Shown: positions 40,352 through 52,286 of the stretch, piece by piece
Layout: every line of letters starts with the position of its first letter
Position numbering within the stretch: position 1 is the first letter of the stretch
Assembly: GCA_013203905.1 (NCBI GenBank)
Contig: JABMPC010000075.1
Span: 43,483 to 107,482, forward strand
Reading direction: 5' to 3'
Source: Chlorobium sp.
Lineage (GTDB): Bacteria > Bacteroidota > Chlorobiia > Chlorobiales > Chlorobiaceae
DNA: 64,000 bases
Notes under the pieces: generated by a model
What the model was told of the DNA's origin: nothing
Database searches by the model: none
Seen by the model: the letters and a program-made list of their open reading frames with translations, nothing else
Made by a program: the position numbers and the translations under genes

Positions 40352-41980
40352 TTATGGGCGGAACTTACGGTAGTTGATGCAGAATTTTTTGACGCGCAGC
40401 CCCATGATGCGTTCTGAGAGGCCAAGTTCTGCAGCGGCTCGCGACATGTTTCCCCGTGTGCGCTTGAGGGCTTCGATAATCATCTCTTTTTCAATGGACT
40501 CAAGTTTCTGCTGGAGCGAGCCGGTGTAGGGCGTGCCGCTGGATTCGGCCGTCTGCAGGCTGGGTGGGAGATGGTAGCCGTGGATGACATTGTCTTCACT
40601 GAGAATGACGGCGCGCTCCATGCAGTTTTCAAGTTCCCGCACATTTCCCGGCCAGTGGTAGCGCATCAGCATGTCGATGGAGGTTGTTGATATGCGCCGG
40701 ATCCCTTTCTGGTTCTGCTGGTTGAATTTTTCCACAAAGTAATCGGCAAGCAGCAGAATGTCGGTTTTGCGCTCGCGGAGCGGGGGAACGGTAATGGGAA
40801 AAATGTTCAGCCGGTAGTAAAGGTCTTCACGGAACTGACCCTCAAGGATAAGATTTTCAAGACTGCGGTTTGTGGCGGCAATGATACGGACATCAACCTT
40901 GATTGTTTTGGAACCACCTACCCGTTCAAACTCCTTTTCCTGGAGGATTCTCAGCAGCTTGGCCTGAATGGGAAGGCTGAGCTCACCGATTTCGTCAAGA
41001 AAGATTGTGCCGCCGGCAGCAAGTTCGAACCGACCCTGGCGGGTTGCAACGGCTCCTGTGAAAGAGCCTTTTTCATGGCCGAAGAGTTCACTTTCCACAA
41101 TGCTTTCGGGGAGAGCCGCGCAGTTGAATTTGATGAAAGGTTTCTCGGCTCTCCGGCTTTTGAAGTGGATTGCGCTTGCCACCAGTTCCTTGCCGACGCC
41201 ACTTTCACCCAGAACCAGAGCGGTGGCGCTGGTACCGGCTATTTTGTCGATCAGCTTGAAGAGGCTGATCATCGGCTTGGTATTGCCGATGATGTTTTTT
41301 GGCCGCTTTTCTTCGGGTATGCTTTCTTCAGTCTCCTGTTCTGCGTTTATCGCCGTGGGAGGCGGTGCAAGCTGATCGTGCCGGTCGCTCTCGTGGGCAA
41401 GCTGTTTGAGGCGGACGGCCTGAGAGATCATTGCAGCAATAATGGAGAGCTGGTCTACATGGTGCTGGAGTGCATCGTTGTCTTTCCTGCCTCCTTTTTC
41501 TTTCTTGTTTTCCTTTTCGGTCGGGCCGCCAAGTCTCCGGTCGGCGCTTATGGTGCCAATGATTTCGGAGCCTGCCCGTATGGGTATGCAGATGAAACAG
41601 AGCCCCTCTTTGGTTTCATGTTTCCTTGATCGGGTCCGGTTGAGAAAGAGCGGCTCGTCATTGATGTTGGGGACGATGACATTTCGCCCTGTTTTGACCA
41701 CCTTCCCGACAATGCCCTCTCCAATCCGGTATCGTCCCCGTTCTTTTTCCTCTTCCGACAGTCCGAAGGATTCTTTGATGACAATCTCTCCGGTCTCACG
41801 GTTTACAATAGTGATCATCCCGCGCAGCATGTCCATATGTTCCGACATGATGAAGAGTACGAGGGTCAGCACTTTGCTGATGTCGTTCTCTGCGGTTACG
41901 GTTCTGCTCACTTCCGCGAGCAGACTGATGCTCCTGTTGGCCTGTTCCTGTGGTATAAGCATGGCAGTTCTTTTTTTCAC
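40352..41980 (-). CDS. nifA: sigma-54-dependent nif transcriptional activator NifA (GAF - AAA+ - Fis HTH)
   Basis: 542 aa with an N-terminal GAF domain, the AAA+ core ([28 protein letters not shown]) and a C-terminal HTH (GNMSRAAAELGLSERIMGLRVKKF). The track start is a GTG abutting the nifV stop. The first ATG is at 41962. Confidence 0.9.
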   Translation of the reverse strand: MKKRTAMLIPQEQANRSISLLAEVSRTVTAENDISKVLTLVLFIMSEHMDMLRGMITIVNRETGEIVIKESFGLSEEEKERGRYRIGEGIVGKVVKTGRNVIVPNINDEPLFLNRTRSRKHETKEGLCFICIPIRAGSEIIGTISADRRLGGPTEKENKKEKGGRKDNDALQHHVDQLSIIAAMISQAVRLKQLAHESDRHDQLAPPPTAINAEQETEESIPEEKRPKNIIGNTKPMISLFKLIDKIAGTSATALVLGESGVGKELVASAIHFKSRRAEKPFIKFNCAALPESIVESELFGHEKGSFTGAVATRQGRFELAAGGTIFLDEIGELSLPIQAKLLRILQEKEFERVGGSKTIKVDVRIIAATNRSLENLILEGQFREDLYYRLNIFPITVPPLRERKTDILLLADYFVEKFNQQNQKGIRRISTTSIDMLMRYHWPGNVRELENCMERAVILSEDNVIHGYHLPPSLQTAESSGTPYTGSLQQKLESIEKEMIIEALKRTRGNMSRAAAELGLSERIMGLRVKKFCINYRKFRP

Positions 41981-43141
41981 TCAGCCCTCTTTTTGAAGGC
42001 GGCGGTGGAGGGTTTCGAGTTCGTCGGGAGTGAGGGCCCGTTTTTTTTCGCTTGAGGCTCGCCTTACGCCTATAAGCATCTTCAGGGCTTCCTGGCGGCT
42101 CAGATCAACCCCCTTTCGCCAGAAGTAGTCCTGAATGGATGCACTGCCAGAGTGCTTGCCTATGATTAGCGCATGTTCAGCACCCCCTGCCAGTGCGGGC
42201 AGAAACGGCTGGTAGGAGAGCGGATCCTTGAGGAGGGCTGCGCAATGAATGCCGGATTCATGCTGGAAGGCAGCCTCGCCGACCACCGCTTTCTGCGGCT
42301 GTATGGTTCTTCCGGAAGCCCTGCTGACAGCAAGGGCGATGCGGGTGAGGGCGGTGGTGTCGATGAGGGTTTCATAGGTACCGGAAAGCTTCAGGGCAAT
42401 AGCAAGCTCCTCAAGGGCGGCATTACCCGCCCGCTCTCCAAGGCCTGTGACTGAAACGCTGACGGCGTCGCATCCGTTGGCAATGGCGGTGAAAGCGTTA
42501 GCTGTGGCCATGCCAAGGTCGTTATGCGCGTGAAATTCCAAAAACGGCCCTCCTGTCGGGAGCAGCTCCCTGAAGAGCTCCGTGAGCATCGGGGGGGTGG
42601 CAATGCCAACCGTGTCGGCGATGCGCACCCGCTCTGCTCCGCAGGAAGCGGCATCGGCAATGAACTGGCGGATGGAGTCTGTACCGGCTCTGGTTGAGTC
42701 CTGTGCTCCGACGCTGACAAAACGGAAATAGCGCTTCGCCCTGCTTACCAGTTCCATCATCTGGTCCTGCACCCATGAGTAATTCCTTCCCATAAGCTCC
42801 AGATAGAGGGGGGAGAGGGGGAAGCTTATGTGCACCCCTTCCGTTCCGCTACGCAGAACCGCTTCAATGTCTTCCCATTTTGCCCGTGCCCAGCCGGTGA
42901 GGGCAAGAGGTAGATGGAGGGCAGCAATGCTGCGAATGGAGTTTTCCTCTTCTGGGCTGATTGCCGGATAGCCGATTTCAAGTTCATCAACTCCGCATTC
43001 CCCGAGAAGCATTGCGAGCTCTTTTTTTTCAGCGGCACTGAACACCACTCCGGGGGCCTGTTCGCCATCCCTGAGGGTGGTGTCAATAATCCATGGCCTT
43101 CTTGCCGGGTTTCTGGCGGGATGCGTTGCTGTGATGGGCAT
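41981..43141 (-). CDS. nifV: homocitrate synthase
   Basis: 386 aa of the HMGL-like/IPMS family (IIDTTLRDGEQAPGVVF, EFHAHNDLGMATANA), adjacent to nifA and the nif operon. Confidence 0.88.
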   Translation of the reverse strand: MPITATHPARNPARRPWIIDTTLRDGEQAPGVVFSAAEKKELAMLLGECGVDELEIGYPAISPEEENSIRSIAALHLPLALTGWARAKWEDIEAVLRSGTEGVHISFPLSPLYLELMGRNYSWVQDQMMELVSRAKRYFRFVSVGAQDSTRAGTDSIRQFIADAASCGAERVRIADTVGIATPPMLTELFRELLPTGGPFLEFHAHNDLGMATANAFTAIANGCDAVSVSVTGLGERAGNAALEELAIALKLSGTYETLIDTTALTRIALAVSRASGRTIQPQKAVVGEAAFQHESGIHCAALLKDPLSYQPFLPALAGGAEHALIIGKHSGSASIQDYFWRKGVDLSRQEALKMLIGVRRASSEKKRALTPDELETLHRRLQKEG

Positions 43142-43387
43142 GCTTGCCTTTTATTTCGATATTTAATTAAGCGGCATATTGTGCCTTAATAAATAAGGGC
43201 TTCCGTTAAATATATAATAAATATTCAGACAATAATGTATTTTTGTTTCTCTTTTTGGTAAGATGCCCGGCAGCGAAATATTTTCCATGCCGTAACCTGC
43301 TCGTGGCTTCGCGGTTATGCGGTTTCAGGAAATCTTTCTGTAGCTTTCAGAAAGCGGGACATTTTCTCTCTAAGGGTCAGTGTGTTC

Positions 43388-44515
43388 ATGAAAAAAAGCA
43401 AAAAGAGCGTCCGTGAAATCCGGTCGGGCGGTGCAGTGAAGAGACCGATGAAAAAGGCGATGAAGGATATGGCGGGCACGGTTGGCCGGGCTCCCGGTAC
43501 GCTGTTCCATACCGGGGGGCAGAAAACCGGGCGTCCGGTCATCACCTTGTTCAGTTATGATGCGGCATCCGCAGAGCACCGTACCCTTAAGGGTCTTGAA
43601 GAGTGCCGTCCGTTCATTGGAGGGGAGAGGGTGCTCTGGCTCAACATTGACGGGCTGCATGATTTGAAGCTTCTTGAGAAGGCGGGTGCCATGTTCAATC
43701 TGCATCCACTGACACTGGAGGATATTCTCCATACTGGACTGCGGCCCAAAATTGAGGATTTCGGACGATATCTTTTTGTGGTGCTGAAAACGCTGGAGCT
43801 GGACCCACTGTCGGGAGATATCAGTGAAGAACAGCTCAGCATGGTGATAGGCGAGGGGTTTGTGCTCAGTTTCCGTGAAAAACCCGGGCCTCTCTTCGAT
43901 CCTGTCATTGCCAGGCTCGACAATCCTGGCACCAATGTCCGTCAGCGCAGGGCGGATTATCTCGCCTATGCGCTCACAGACTCGGTGGTCGACAATTATT
44001 TCACAATTCTTGAGCAGTTCGAGAGTCGCATTGAGGCCCTTGACGAAGAGCTGAGCGATTCGGTAGCCCGGGATGCACTTCCGGCAATGTATCTCCTTAA
44101 AAAGGAGCTTATCATGCTGCGCAAGTCGGTCTGGCCACTTCGGGAAATAATCAACAGTATCAGCCGATCGAAATACCGGGTTATTGACGATGAGGCGACA
44201 AGGCCCTTTTTCCGGGACATTTATGACAACATTGTGCTGGTCATTGAAACAGTTGAAACCTATCGTGAGATTGTCATCGGTATGTATGACACCTGGCTTG
44301 CACTGGCTAACAACAGGATGAACGATATCATGAAGGTGCTCACGATTATTGCCACGGTGTTCATGCCTCTCTCATTCATAGCCGGTGTCTACGGCATGAA
44401 CTTTCATTATATGCCTGAGCTGGAGTTTCCTTTTGGATACTATGCGGTGCTTGGCCTGATGGTCTCGATTTTTGTTGGGATGATCGTCTTTTTCAGGACG
44501 AGAAAGTGGTTTTAG
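43388..44515 (+). CDS. corA: CorA family magnesium/cobalt transporter
   Basis: The C-terminal GVYGMNF motif is followed by a TM helix. The track start at 43382 is GTG and the first ATG is at 43388. Confidence 0.88.
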   Translation: MKKSKKSVREIRSGGAVKRPMKKAMKDMAGTVGRAPGTLFHTGGQKTGRPVITLFSYDAASAEHRTLKGLEECRPFIGGERVLWLNIDGLHDLKLLEKAGAMFNLHPLTLEDILHTGLRPKIEDFGRYLFVVLKTLELDPLSGDISEEQLSMVIGEGFVLSFREKPGPLFDPVIARLDNPGTNVRQRRADYLAYALTDSVVDNYFTILEQFESRIEALDEELSDSVARDALPAMYLLKKELIMLRKSVWPLREIINSISRSKYRVIDDEATRPFFRDIYDNIVLVIETVETYREIVIGMYDTWLALANNRMNDIMKVLTIIATVFMPLSFIAGVYGMNFHYMPELEFPFGYYAVLGLMVSIFVGMIVFFRTRKWF

Positions 44516-44534
44516 GCCTGTAAGAGAAGGCCGG

Positions 44535-45014
44535 TTACTTCTGTGGCTCTTTTTTCTTTTTCTGGCCGGTGAACAGCGCCAGACTTGCAATGACTGCAGC
44601 GATTGCTCCCCCTATGAAGAGGATGCCGATCTCTCCGTGCCATGTTGCTGCATGGCCGAGGAAGACGACTGCCAGCACCACAACGATGACTCCGACCAGT
44701 TTGTCTTTGAGGTCGTCAATCGTATGGATTTGCAGCCAAGGGGGGAGGGGGACGCTGTCGTCAATAAAGAGCTCATAGAGGCCAAGCGCCATAATGTAGA
44801 GTGCGGTTGCAACCAGAAAGAGGTCGGCATTTTCAATAAACCCGAGCAGAAGGCTTTTTGCCCCCTTTGGCGACAGAATGCCCGAAGTTGCCGAATCGAG
44901 TATGAGCCACCCGACCGAGATGGTTCCGTAGATGATGAGGGTTATAGTTGCAGCGAAGAGCGCCAGTACGGCGAGAAGGATGAGGTAACGGCTTGCGGTA
45001 AGGAGTCGGTGCAT
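44535..45014 (-). CDS. YqhA-like (UPF0114) integral membrane protein
   Basis: 159 aa with four hydrophobic segments. The overall architecture and the YELFID region resemble YqhA-family proteins. This assignment is from memory only. Confidence 0.45.
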   Translation of the reverse strand: MHRLLTASRYLILLAVLALFAATITLIIYGTISVGWLILDSATSGILSPKGAKSLLLGFIENADLFLVATALYIMALGLYELFIDDSVPLPPWLQIHTIDDLKDKLVGVIVVVLAVVFLGHAATWHGEIGILFIGGAIAAVIASLALFTGQKKKKEPQK

Positions 45015-45121
45015 GGTGGGGAGGGGGTTTGCCGGGCATTTCTGGTTGTATATTATTACAATTATACAATCACAGATCGTAATTTTCGAATAGTTTTCTT
45101 GAACAGGGAGCTCTGAATGGA

Positions 45122-45682
45122 ATGGTTATGGCAGAACTAAATAAACATAGCGGTGGTGTGCCGGATCGTGTGATCTGTGATTTTACCCGACAGGATTGTC
45201 AGCAGTGGTTCAGTGTGAGCGACAAAGTGATGGGCGGGGTGTCAGAAAGCCTTTTTTTCCGCCGTGATGACGGCATTGGTGTTTTTCAGGGAGTGCTGTC
45301 GACAGCTAATGGCGGCGGGTTTGCAGCTGTACGGACCCTGCTGGGGGAGCGCGATTTCAGCGGGTTTAGCGGTATTGGCCTTCGGGTGAAAGGGGACGGG
45401 CGTCGCTACAGCTTCCGGATCCGTAACGATGACCAGTATGATGGTATTGTGTACCGGTATGAGTTTGATACAGTTGCAGGTCGGTGGCTGGAGATCGATC
45501 TGCCGTTTTCAGGTTTCACTGCTTCGTTCAGGGGACGGACTATTGACGATGCAGCCCCTCTCGATCTCTCCTCAATCGTGCAGATAGGGTTTATGGTATC
45601 AAAGGAAAAGAGTGGCGCTTATTTGCTGGAGGTACAGTCAATCAAAGCCTGCCCGGCGCCTCAGGATGCTTTCAGAGCCTGA
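45122..45682 (+). CDS. CIA30-like (complex I intermediate-associated protein 30 family) protein
   Basis: 186 aa with WFSVSDKVMGGVSES...GGGFAAVRT and a later SFRIRNDDQYDGIVYRYEF segment, typical of the CIA30 fold. Confidence 0.7.
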   Translation: MVMAELNKHSGGVPDRVICDFTRQDCQQWFSVSDKVMGGVSESLFFRRDDGIGVFQGVLSTANGGGFAAVRTLLGERDFSGFSGIGLRVKGDGRRYSFRIRNDDQYDGIVYRYEFDTVAGRWLEIDLPFSGFTASFRGRTIDDAAPLDLSSIVQIGFMVSKEKSGAYLLEVQSIKACPAPQDAFRA

Positions 45683-46427
45683 CGGCGATGCCTCTGTCGC
45701 AAAGGTACTGCTTGGCTTCGCGGATGGAGTGCTGGCGGAAATGGAATATTGAAGCGGCAAGGGCTGCATCAGCATGGCCTTTGGTGAATCCGTCGTAGAG
45801 GTGCTCAAGGGAGCCTGCTCCTCCCGAGGCTATCACAGGGATATGGACTGAGGTTGAAATCAGTGCGAGGCTTTCGTTGTCGTAGCCTTCCTTTGTTCCG
45901 TCGCGGTCCATGCTGGTCAAAAGGATTTCTCCTGCGCCGAGTTCCTGCACCTTCAGTGCCCATTCAAGCGCTTCATACTGCGTTGGGCGCTTTCCCGAGT
46001 GGGTGTGGACGATGTAGCGATCACCGATTTTCTTGATGTCAACTGCCACAACCACTGCCTGTGAACCGTATTTTTCTGCAATGCGGGAGATGAGCTCAGG
46101 CTCCTTCACGGCTGCGGTGTTGACGGAAACCTTGTCGGCACCGTGCAGGAAAACCTCTTTCGCCCGTTCAACAGAGCTGATTCCTCCACCGACCGTAAGG
46201 GGAATAAAGACTTCGCCTGAAACTTTCAGGACCTCTTCAAGGGTTGTTTTTCGTGATTCCAGAGAGGCCGAAATATCAAGAAAAACAAGCTCATCGGCCA
46301 GTTCGTCGTTGTAAAACCGCGCCTGTTCAAGAATGGAGCCTGCATCGCGAAGCCCTTCAAAGTTGATTCCCTTGACGACCCTGCCGTCGCGAACATCGAG
46401 ACAGGGGATGATTCGTTTTGCCAGCAT
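45672..46427 (-). CDS. hisF: imidazole glycerol phosphate synthase cyclase subunit
   Basis: 251 aa with motifs [34 protein letters not shown] and ASGGAGS. Confidence 0.95.
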   Translation of the reverse strand: MLAKRIIPCLDVRDGRVVKGINFEGLRDAGSILEQARFYNDELADELVFLDISASLESRKTTLEEVLKVSGEVFIPLTVGGGISSVERAKEVFLHGADKVSVNTAAVKEPELISRIAEKYGSQAVVVAVDIKKIGDRYIVHTHSGKRPTQYEALEWALKVQELGAGEILLTSMDRDGTKEGYDNESLALISTSVHIPVIASGGAGSLEHLYDGFTKGHADAALAASIFHFRQHSIREAKQYLCDRGIAVRL

Positions 46428-46570
46428 CCGTTACATTCCAATTCACTTCAGTTGAAGAAACCCGTCTACAGGAAAACCTCGGTGTTTGAGACCTGCGACA
46501 GTAAAAAAAGCAATGTAAATATTATATTTGCTGGCACCATAGTCCAGCTGAAAAAAAGAACGAATGAGCC

Positions 46571-46918
46571 ATGAAATTTCCTGTCTGTGAATTTGCCGAA
46601 GCTGAAGAGGGTTTTTATTCCCAGTGTGCCTCCTGTCCAATTGCCGCGGGCTCCGCGGGCTGTGCGCTGAGTGAACTTGAGGATGGGAACTACATCTTTG
46701 AAGGGACAACTCCCCATGGCGGCGTTGTGGCGATGTTTTATTTTCGTGACAATGAAGGCAATCAGGTGGCAAAAAGCGATGCGGAGCATGTGGAAATACA
46801 TGAGCTGGACGAGGGCGGCCATCTGATTACGATCCTCTACGGTATGGTTGACCCTGAGGGCATCATGTACCTCAAGAGGTCGCAGGCTGGAGAAGCCGAT
46901 GGAGACCGCAATCAGTAA
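46571..46918 (+). CDS. hypothetical acidic protein with an N-terminal four-Cys cluster
   Basis: 115 aa with coding-like codon usage. The N-terminal 31 residues carry Cys at positions 6, 19, 22 and 31. It ends 16 nt upstream of the FNR gene. I recognise no family. Confidence 0.55.
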   Translation: MKFPVCEFAEAEEGFYSQCASCPIAAGSAGCALSELEDGNYIFEGTTPHGGVVAMFYFRDNEGNQVAKSDAEHVEIHELDEGGHLITILYGMVDPEGIMYLKRSQAGEADGDRNQ

Positions 46919-46925
46919 CCCTTAA

Positions 46926-48861
<1,936 letters not shown>

Positions 48862-48879
48862 CCCTTCCCCTCCGAAGTC

Positions 48880-49752
48880 ATGAATCAGGAAGCTGTTGCC
48901 ATAGCCCTTGTGCAGACCTCCTGCAGTGAGGACAGCGCCCGCAATCTGGCAAAAACCATTGAAAAAATACGGGAGGCTGCCGAATCGGGCGCAAAGATCA
49001 TCTGCACGCAGGAATTGTTTACGAGCACCTATTTCTGCCAGACGGAAGACTATGCCCCTTTTGCCCTTGCCGAGCCGGTTCCCGGCCCCACGACCCTCGT
49101 GCTGCAGGATCTGGCCAGAGAGCTTGAGGTGGTGATTGTGGCCTCGCTGTTTGAAATGCGTGCGCCGGGTCTCTACCACAATACGGCCATTGTTGTTGAC
49201 GCTGACGGGCGGTATCTTGGACGGTACCGCAAAATGCATATTCCCGACGATCCGGGTTTTTACGAGAAGTTCTATTTCACACCGGGTGATCTTGGTTACA
49301 GGGTGTTCAAAACGCGCTATGCCACCATCGGTGTGCTGATATGCTGGGATCAGTGGTATCCCGAAGCGGCACGGCTGACAGCACTCATGGGTGCGGAAAT
49401 CCTGTTCTACCCGACGGCCATAGGCTGGGCTTCGAATGAGCACTCAGACGAGGTGCGCTGTTCACAGCTCGCAGCATGGAAAACAATACAGCAGAGCCAT
49501 GCAATTGCCAACGGTGTCTATGTGGCCGCCGCCAACAGGATGGGCCGTGAGAATGAGCTTGAGTTCTGGGGGAGCAGTTTTGTGGCAGGGCCGTTTGGTC
49601 AACTGGAAGCCGAGGCTTCCAGTGATAAAGAGAGCATTCTTCATGCCAGCTGCGACCTCGGCAAGATAGGGTATTACCGTAGCCATTGGCCGTTTCTTCG
49701 TGATAGGAGGGTGGAGAGCTACGAGGCGCTCCAGAAGCGTTTTATTGATTAA
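48880..49752 (+). CDS. aguB: N-carbamoylputrescine amidase (carbon-nitrogen hydrolase)
   Basis: 290 aa with motifs TQELF, YRKMHIPDDPGFYEKFYFTPG and ICWDQWYPE (catalytic Cys). Confidence 0.85.
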   Translation: MNQEAVAIALVQTSCSEDSARNLAKTIEKIREAAESGAKIICTQELFTSTYFCQTEDYAPFALAEPVPGPTTLVLQDLARELEVVIVASLFEMRAPGLYHNTAIVVDADGRYLGRYRKMHIPDDPGFYEKFYFTPGDLGYRVFKTRYATIGVLICWDQWYPEAARLTALMGAEILFYPTAIGWASNEHSDEVRCSQLAAWKTIQQSHAIANGVYVAAANRMGRENELEFWGSSFVAGPFGQLEAEASSDKESILHASCDLGKIGYYRSHWPFLRDRRVESYEALQKRFID

Positions 49753-49776
49753 CATAACAATCATTCTGCAGCGAGC

Positions 49777-51027
49777 ATGAATATTTTCGGTTCCGTTATT
49801 GCCGGTACCCTTGTCACCGTCTTTCTCATCACCCTCGTTTCCTCGCTCCTCAATCTGAAGGCTTCGCATGCTCCGCTGCCGGCTGAGTTCAGAGATCTGT
49901 ACACCGATGAGGCTTACGGAAAGTCGCAGGCCTATCTCCGGGAAACCAGCCAGCTGTCGCTTTTTGGCGGTGCGCTTGATCTTGTTCTGCTGTTCGTGTT
50001 CTGGTTTTCGGGTGGCTTCAATCTGCTCGACCAGTTTCTGAGGGGGTTGGGTTTCAGCTCAATCATGACAGGGGTTTTCTATATCGGCTCTCTTTTGCTT
50101 CTCCAGTCGGTACTCTCCCTTCCCTTTACATTGTACCGGACATTTGTGATAGAGGAACGGTTCGGCTTCAACAGGACAACCCCTGTCGTATTTATGGGTG
50201 ATCTCCTGAAAACCCTTCTGCTTTCAGTGGTTATTGGTGCACCTCTTCTTGCGCTTCTCCTCTGGTTTTTTGAATCAGCAGGAAGCATGGCCTGGCTGTT
50301 GGCATGGGGCGGGATCACCCTTGTCAGCCTTCTGCTCCAGTATGTGGCCCCTGCGTGGATCATGCCGCTCTTCAACCGATTTGTGCCGCTTGAGGATGGG
50401 GAGCTGAAATCAGCCATCACCGACTATGCAGCCGGAGTAGGGTTCCCGCTTTCGGGCATTTATGTCATTGACGGTTCAAAACGCTCCTCCAAAGCAAACG
50501 CCTTTTTTACCGGATTCGGAAAACGAAAGAGAATTGCTCTGTTCGATACCCTCATCAAAAGCCATTCGACAGAGGAACTGGTTGCTGTTCTTGCACATGA
50601 AATTGGCCATTATACTAAAAAACACATCCTTATCGGGATGGTTGTCAGTATTGTGAACATGGGGGTGCTCTTTTTTCTGCTCTCGCTCTTCATCGGCAAC
50701 GCACAGCTCTTTGAAGCATTTTCTATGGAGAATATCTCGGTCTATGGGAGCCTGGTGTTCTTCATGCTGCTCTATACCCCCGTGGAGTTCATTCTCTCCA
50801 TAGTCCTGCAGATGCTCTCAAGAAAGCATGAGTATGAGGCTGATCATTTTGCCCTTACCACATACAGCCGAGGGGAGGCGCTCATTACCGCCCTCAGGAA
50901 TCTTTCGCGAAGCAACCTGACCAACCTGACGCCTCATCCTCTCCATGTTTTCATGACCTATTCCCACCCTCCGGTCAGTATGCGTATCGGGCGGTTGAAA
51001 AGAACTCTTGAGTCCTCTAAGAGCTGA
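49777..51027 (+). CDS. M48 family (Ste24/CAAX prenyl protease-like) zinc metalloprotease
   Basis: 416 aa, polytopic, with the HEIGH zinc motif (VLAHEIGHYTKKH) and a downstream EYEAD. Confidence 0.8.
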   Translation: MNIFGSVIAGTLVTVFLITLVSSLLNLKASHAPLPAEFRDLYTDEAYGKSQAYLRETSQLSLFGGALDLVLLFVFWFSGGFNLLDQFLRGLGFSSIMTGVFYIGSLLLLQSVLSLPFTLYRTFVIEERFGFNRTTPVVFMGDLLKTLLLSVVIGAPLLALLLWFFESAGSMAWLLAWGGITLVSLLLQYVAPAWIMPLFNRFVPLEDGELKSAITDYAAGVGFPLSGIYVIDGSKRSSKANAFFTGFGKRKRIALFDTLIKSHSTEELVAVLAHEIGHYTKKHILIGMVVSIVNMGVLFFLLSLFIGNAQLFEAFSMENISVYGSLVFFMLLYTPVEFILSIVLQMLSRKHEYEADHFALTTYSRGEALITALRNLSRSNLTNLTPHPLHVFMTYSHPPVSMRIGRLKRTLESSKS

Positions 51028-51051
51028 TTTATCCACCATACCACCCTCCCT

Positions 51052-52122
51052 ATGGATGCACCACTCTACAGGATGCCCCCTGAATGGGCACCCCACAAAG
51101 CAACCTGGCTTTCATGGCCGCACAAGCGTGAGTCGTGGCCCGGGAAATTTGAGCCGGTTCCAGCTGTGTTTGCTGAACTTGCCTCCTGGCTGAGCTCTTC
51201 GGAAGAGGTTCACATCAATGTGCTTGACGGGGCGATGGAAGCCGATGCCAGAAAGCTCATTGTGGATATTGCTCATCGTGAACTCCGCATGGAGCGGATA
51301 TTTTTCCATTGCATTCCAACCAATGACGCATGGTGCCGTGATCACGGTCCCAATTATGTCTGCAGTGTATCAGGGGGGACGGCTGAAAAGGTTATTCTCG
51401 ACTGGGATTTTAATGCCTGGGGCGGCAAGTATGAGCCTTATGATGATGACAATGCCGTGCCCTCAAGGGTTGCAGCCCTTTCCGGCCTGCCTGTGGCGAA
51501 CCCTGCAATGGTGCTTGAGGGAGGCGCAATCGATGTGAACGGTGCGGGCCTGCTCCTGACAACGGAAGCATGCCTTCTGAACCCGAACCGCAATCCATCA
51601 ATGAGCCGCCGAGAGATTGAGGAGAGTCTTGGTCGGTGGCTCGGGGCTGAAAAGGTGCTTTGGCTCGGTGAGGGTATAGCCGGTGACGATACCGACGGCC
51701 ATGTTGACGATATGGCACGATTTGTCAATGAGACAACGGTGGTTATAGCCGTTGAGGATGATCCGCAGGATGAGAACCATCTGCCGCTAAAGCACAACTG
51801 CCGGCTTCTTGAAAGCTTTACCGATACTTGTGGCGAGCCGCTCACTGTGGTAAAGTTGCCCATGCCCGAGCCGTTGTACCACGATGGGGAACGCCTTCCG
51901 GCAAGTTATGCCAATTTCTACATCGCCAACACCGTGGTGCTTGTGCCCGTCTACGGGTGCAGTCGAGACCGTGAGGCGCTTGCAGTTCTCCAAAGCTGTT
52001 TCCCCGAAAGGCGGGTAGTGGGGGTTGACTGCAGGGATCTTGTCTGGGGGTTAGGAGCTATTCACTGTGTTACTCATGAAGAGCCGCTCACATCGGCCTG
52101 TTCTGCACCAGTTGTGCCATAA
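51052..52122 (+). CDS. aguA: agmatine deiminase
   Basis: 356 aa with motifs MPPEWAPHKATWLSWPH, AWCRDHGP and a C-terminal GAIHCVT catalytic Cys. Confidence 0.88.
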   Translation: MDAPLYRMPPEWAPHKATWLSWPHKRESWPGKFEPVPAVFAELASWLSSSEEVHINVLDGAMEADARKLIVDIAHRELRMERIFFHCIPTNDAWCRDHGPNYVCSVSGGTAEKVILDWDFNAWGGKYEPYDDDNAVPSRVAALSGLPVANPAMVLEGGAIDVNGAGLLLTTEACLLNPNRNPSMSRREIEESLGRWLGAEKVLWLGEGIAGDDTDGHVDDMARFVNETTVVIAVEDDPQDENHLPLKHNCRLLESFTDTCGEPLTVVKLPMPEPLYHDGERLPASYANFYIANTVVLVPVYGCSRDREALAVLQSCFPERRVVGVDCRDLVWGLGAIHCVTHEEPLTSACSAPVVP

Positions 52123-52160
52123 TCGCACGCAGTGTATCGATTCACTTGTGTCAGTAGAGT

Positions 52161-52197
52161 CGCCCGGAGGATGGTATTTCTTCCGGGCGTTTTTTTT
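52161..52197 (+). terminator. rho-independent terminator after aguA
   Basis: CGCCCGGA-N13-TCCGGGCG followed by TTTTTTTT, 39 nt after the aguA stop. Confidence 0.75.
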
Positions 52198-52260
52198 GTT
52201 TTTCTGTAACTCCTTTTCAGGTAATACTCTATGATGTAAGAGCTGCTTTTTGCCAGAGTT

Positions 52261-52276
52261 TGGCACGGTGGTTGCA
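52261..52276 (+). promoter_or_regulatory. orphan sigma-54 (-24/-12) promoter
   Basis: TGGCAC-GGTGG-TTGCA is a perfect match to the conserved core. It is intergenic, downstream of the aguA terminator, and no ORF follows. Confidence 0.6.
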
Positions 52277-52286
52277 TAGCTGTTTG

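Noticed and set aside
40081-40425. 114-aa minus-strand ORF (and the 62-aa plus-strand ORF 40147-40335) in the nifA-nifH spacer
   Set aside because: The sequence is low-complexity Pro/Ser/Gln-rich. It overlaps the nifA 3' end and spans the inverted repeat, and it shows no recognisable motif. This is more likely non-coding regulatory DNA.
43174-43185. GGCAC-N4-TGC on the minus strand upstream of nifV, a possible sigma-54 promoter
   Set aside because: The GG-to-GC spacing is 2 nt too short, and the flanking T of TGGCAC and the TT of TTGC are missing. It is not a credible -24/-12 element.
43333-43353. Hairpin CTTTCTG-tagcttt-CAGAAAG in the corA leader, considered as a possible Mg2+ riboswitch
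   Set aside because: It is a single short stem about 35 nt before the start codon. Nothing resembles the multi-helix M-box, and the leader is too short for one.
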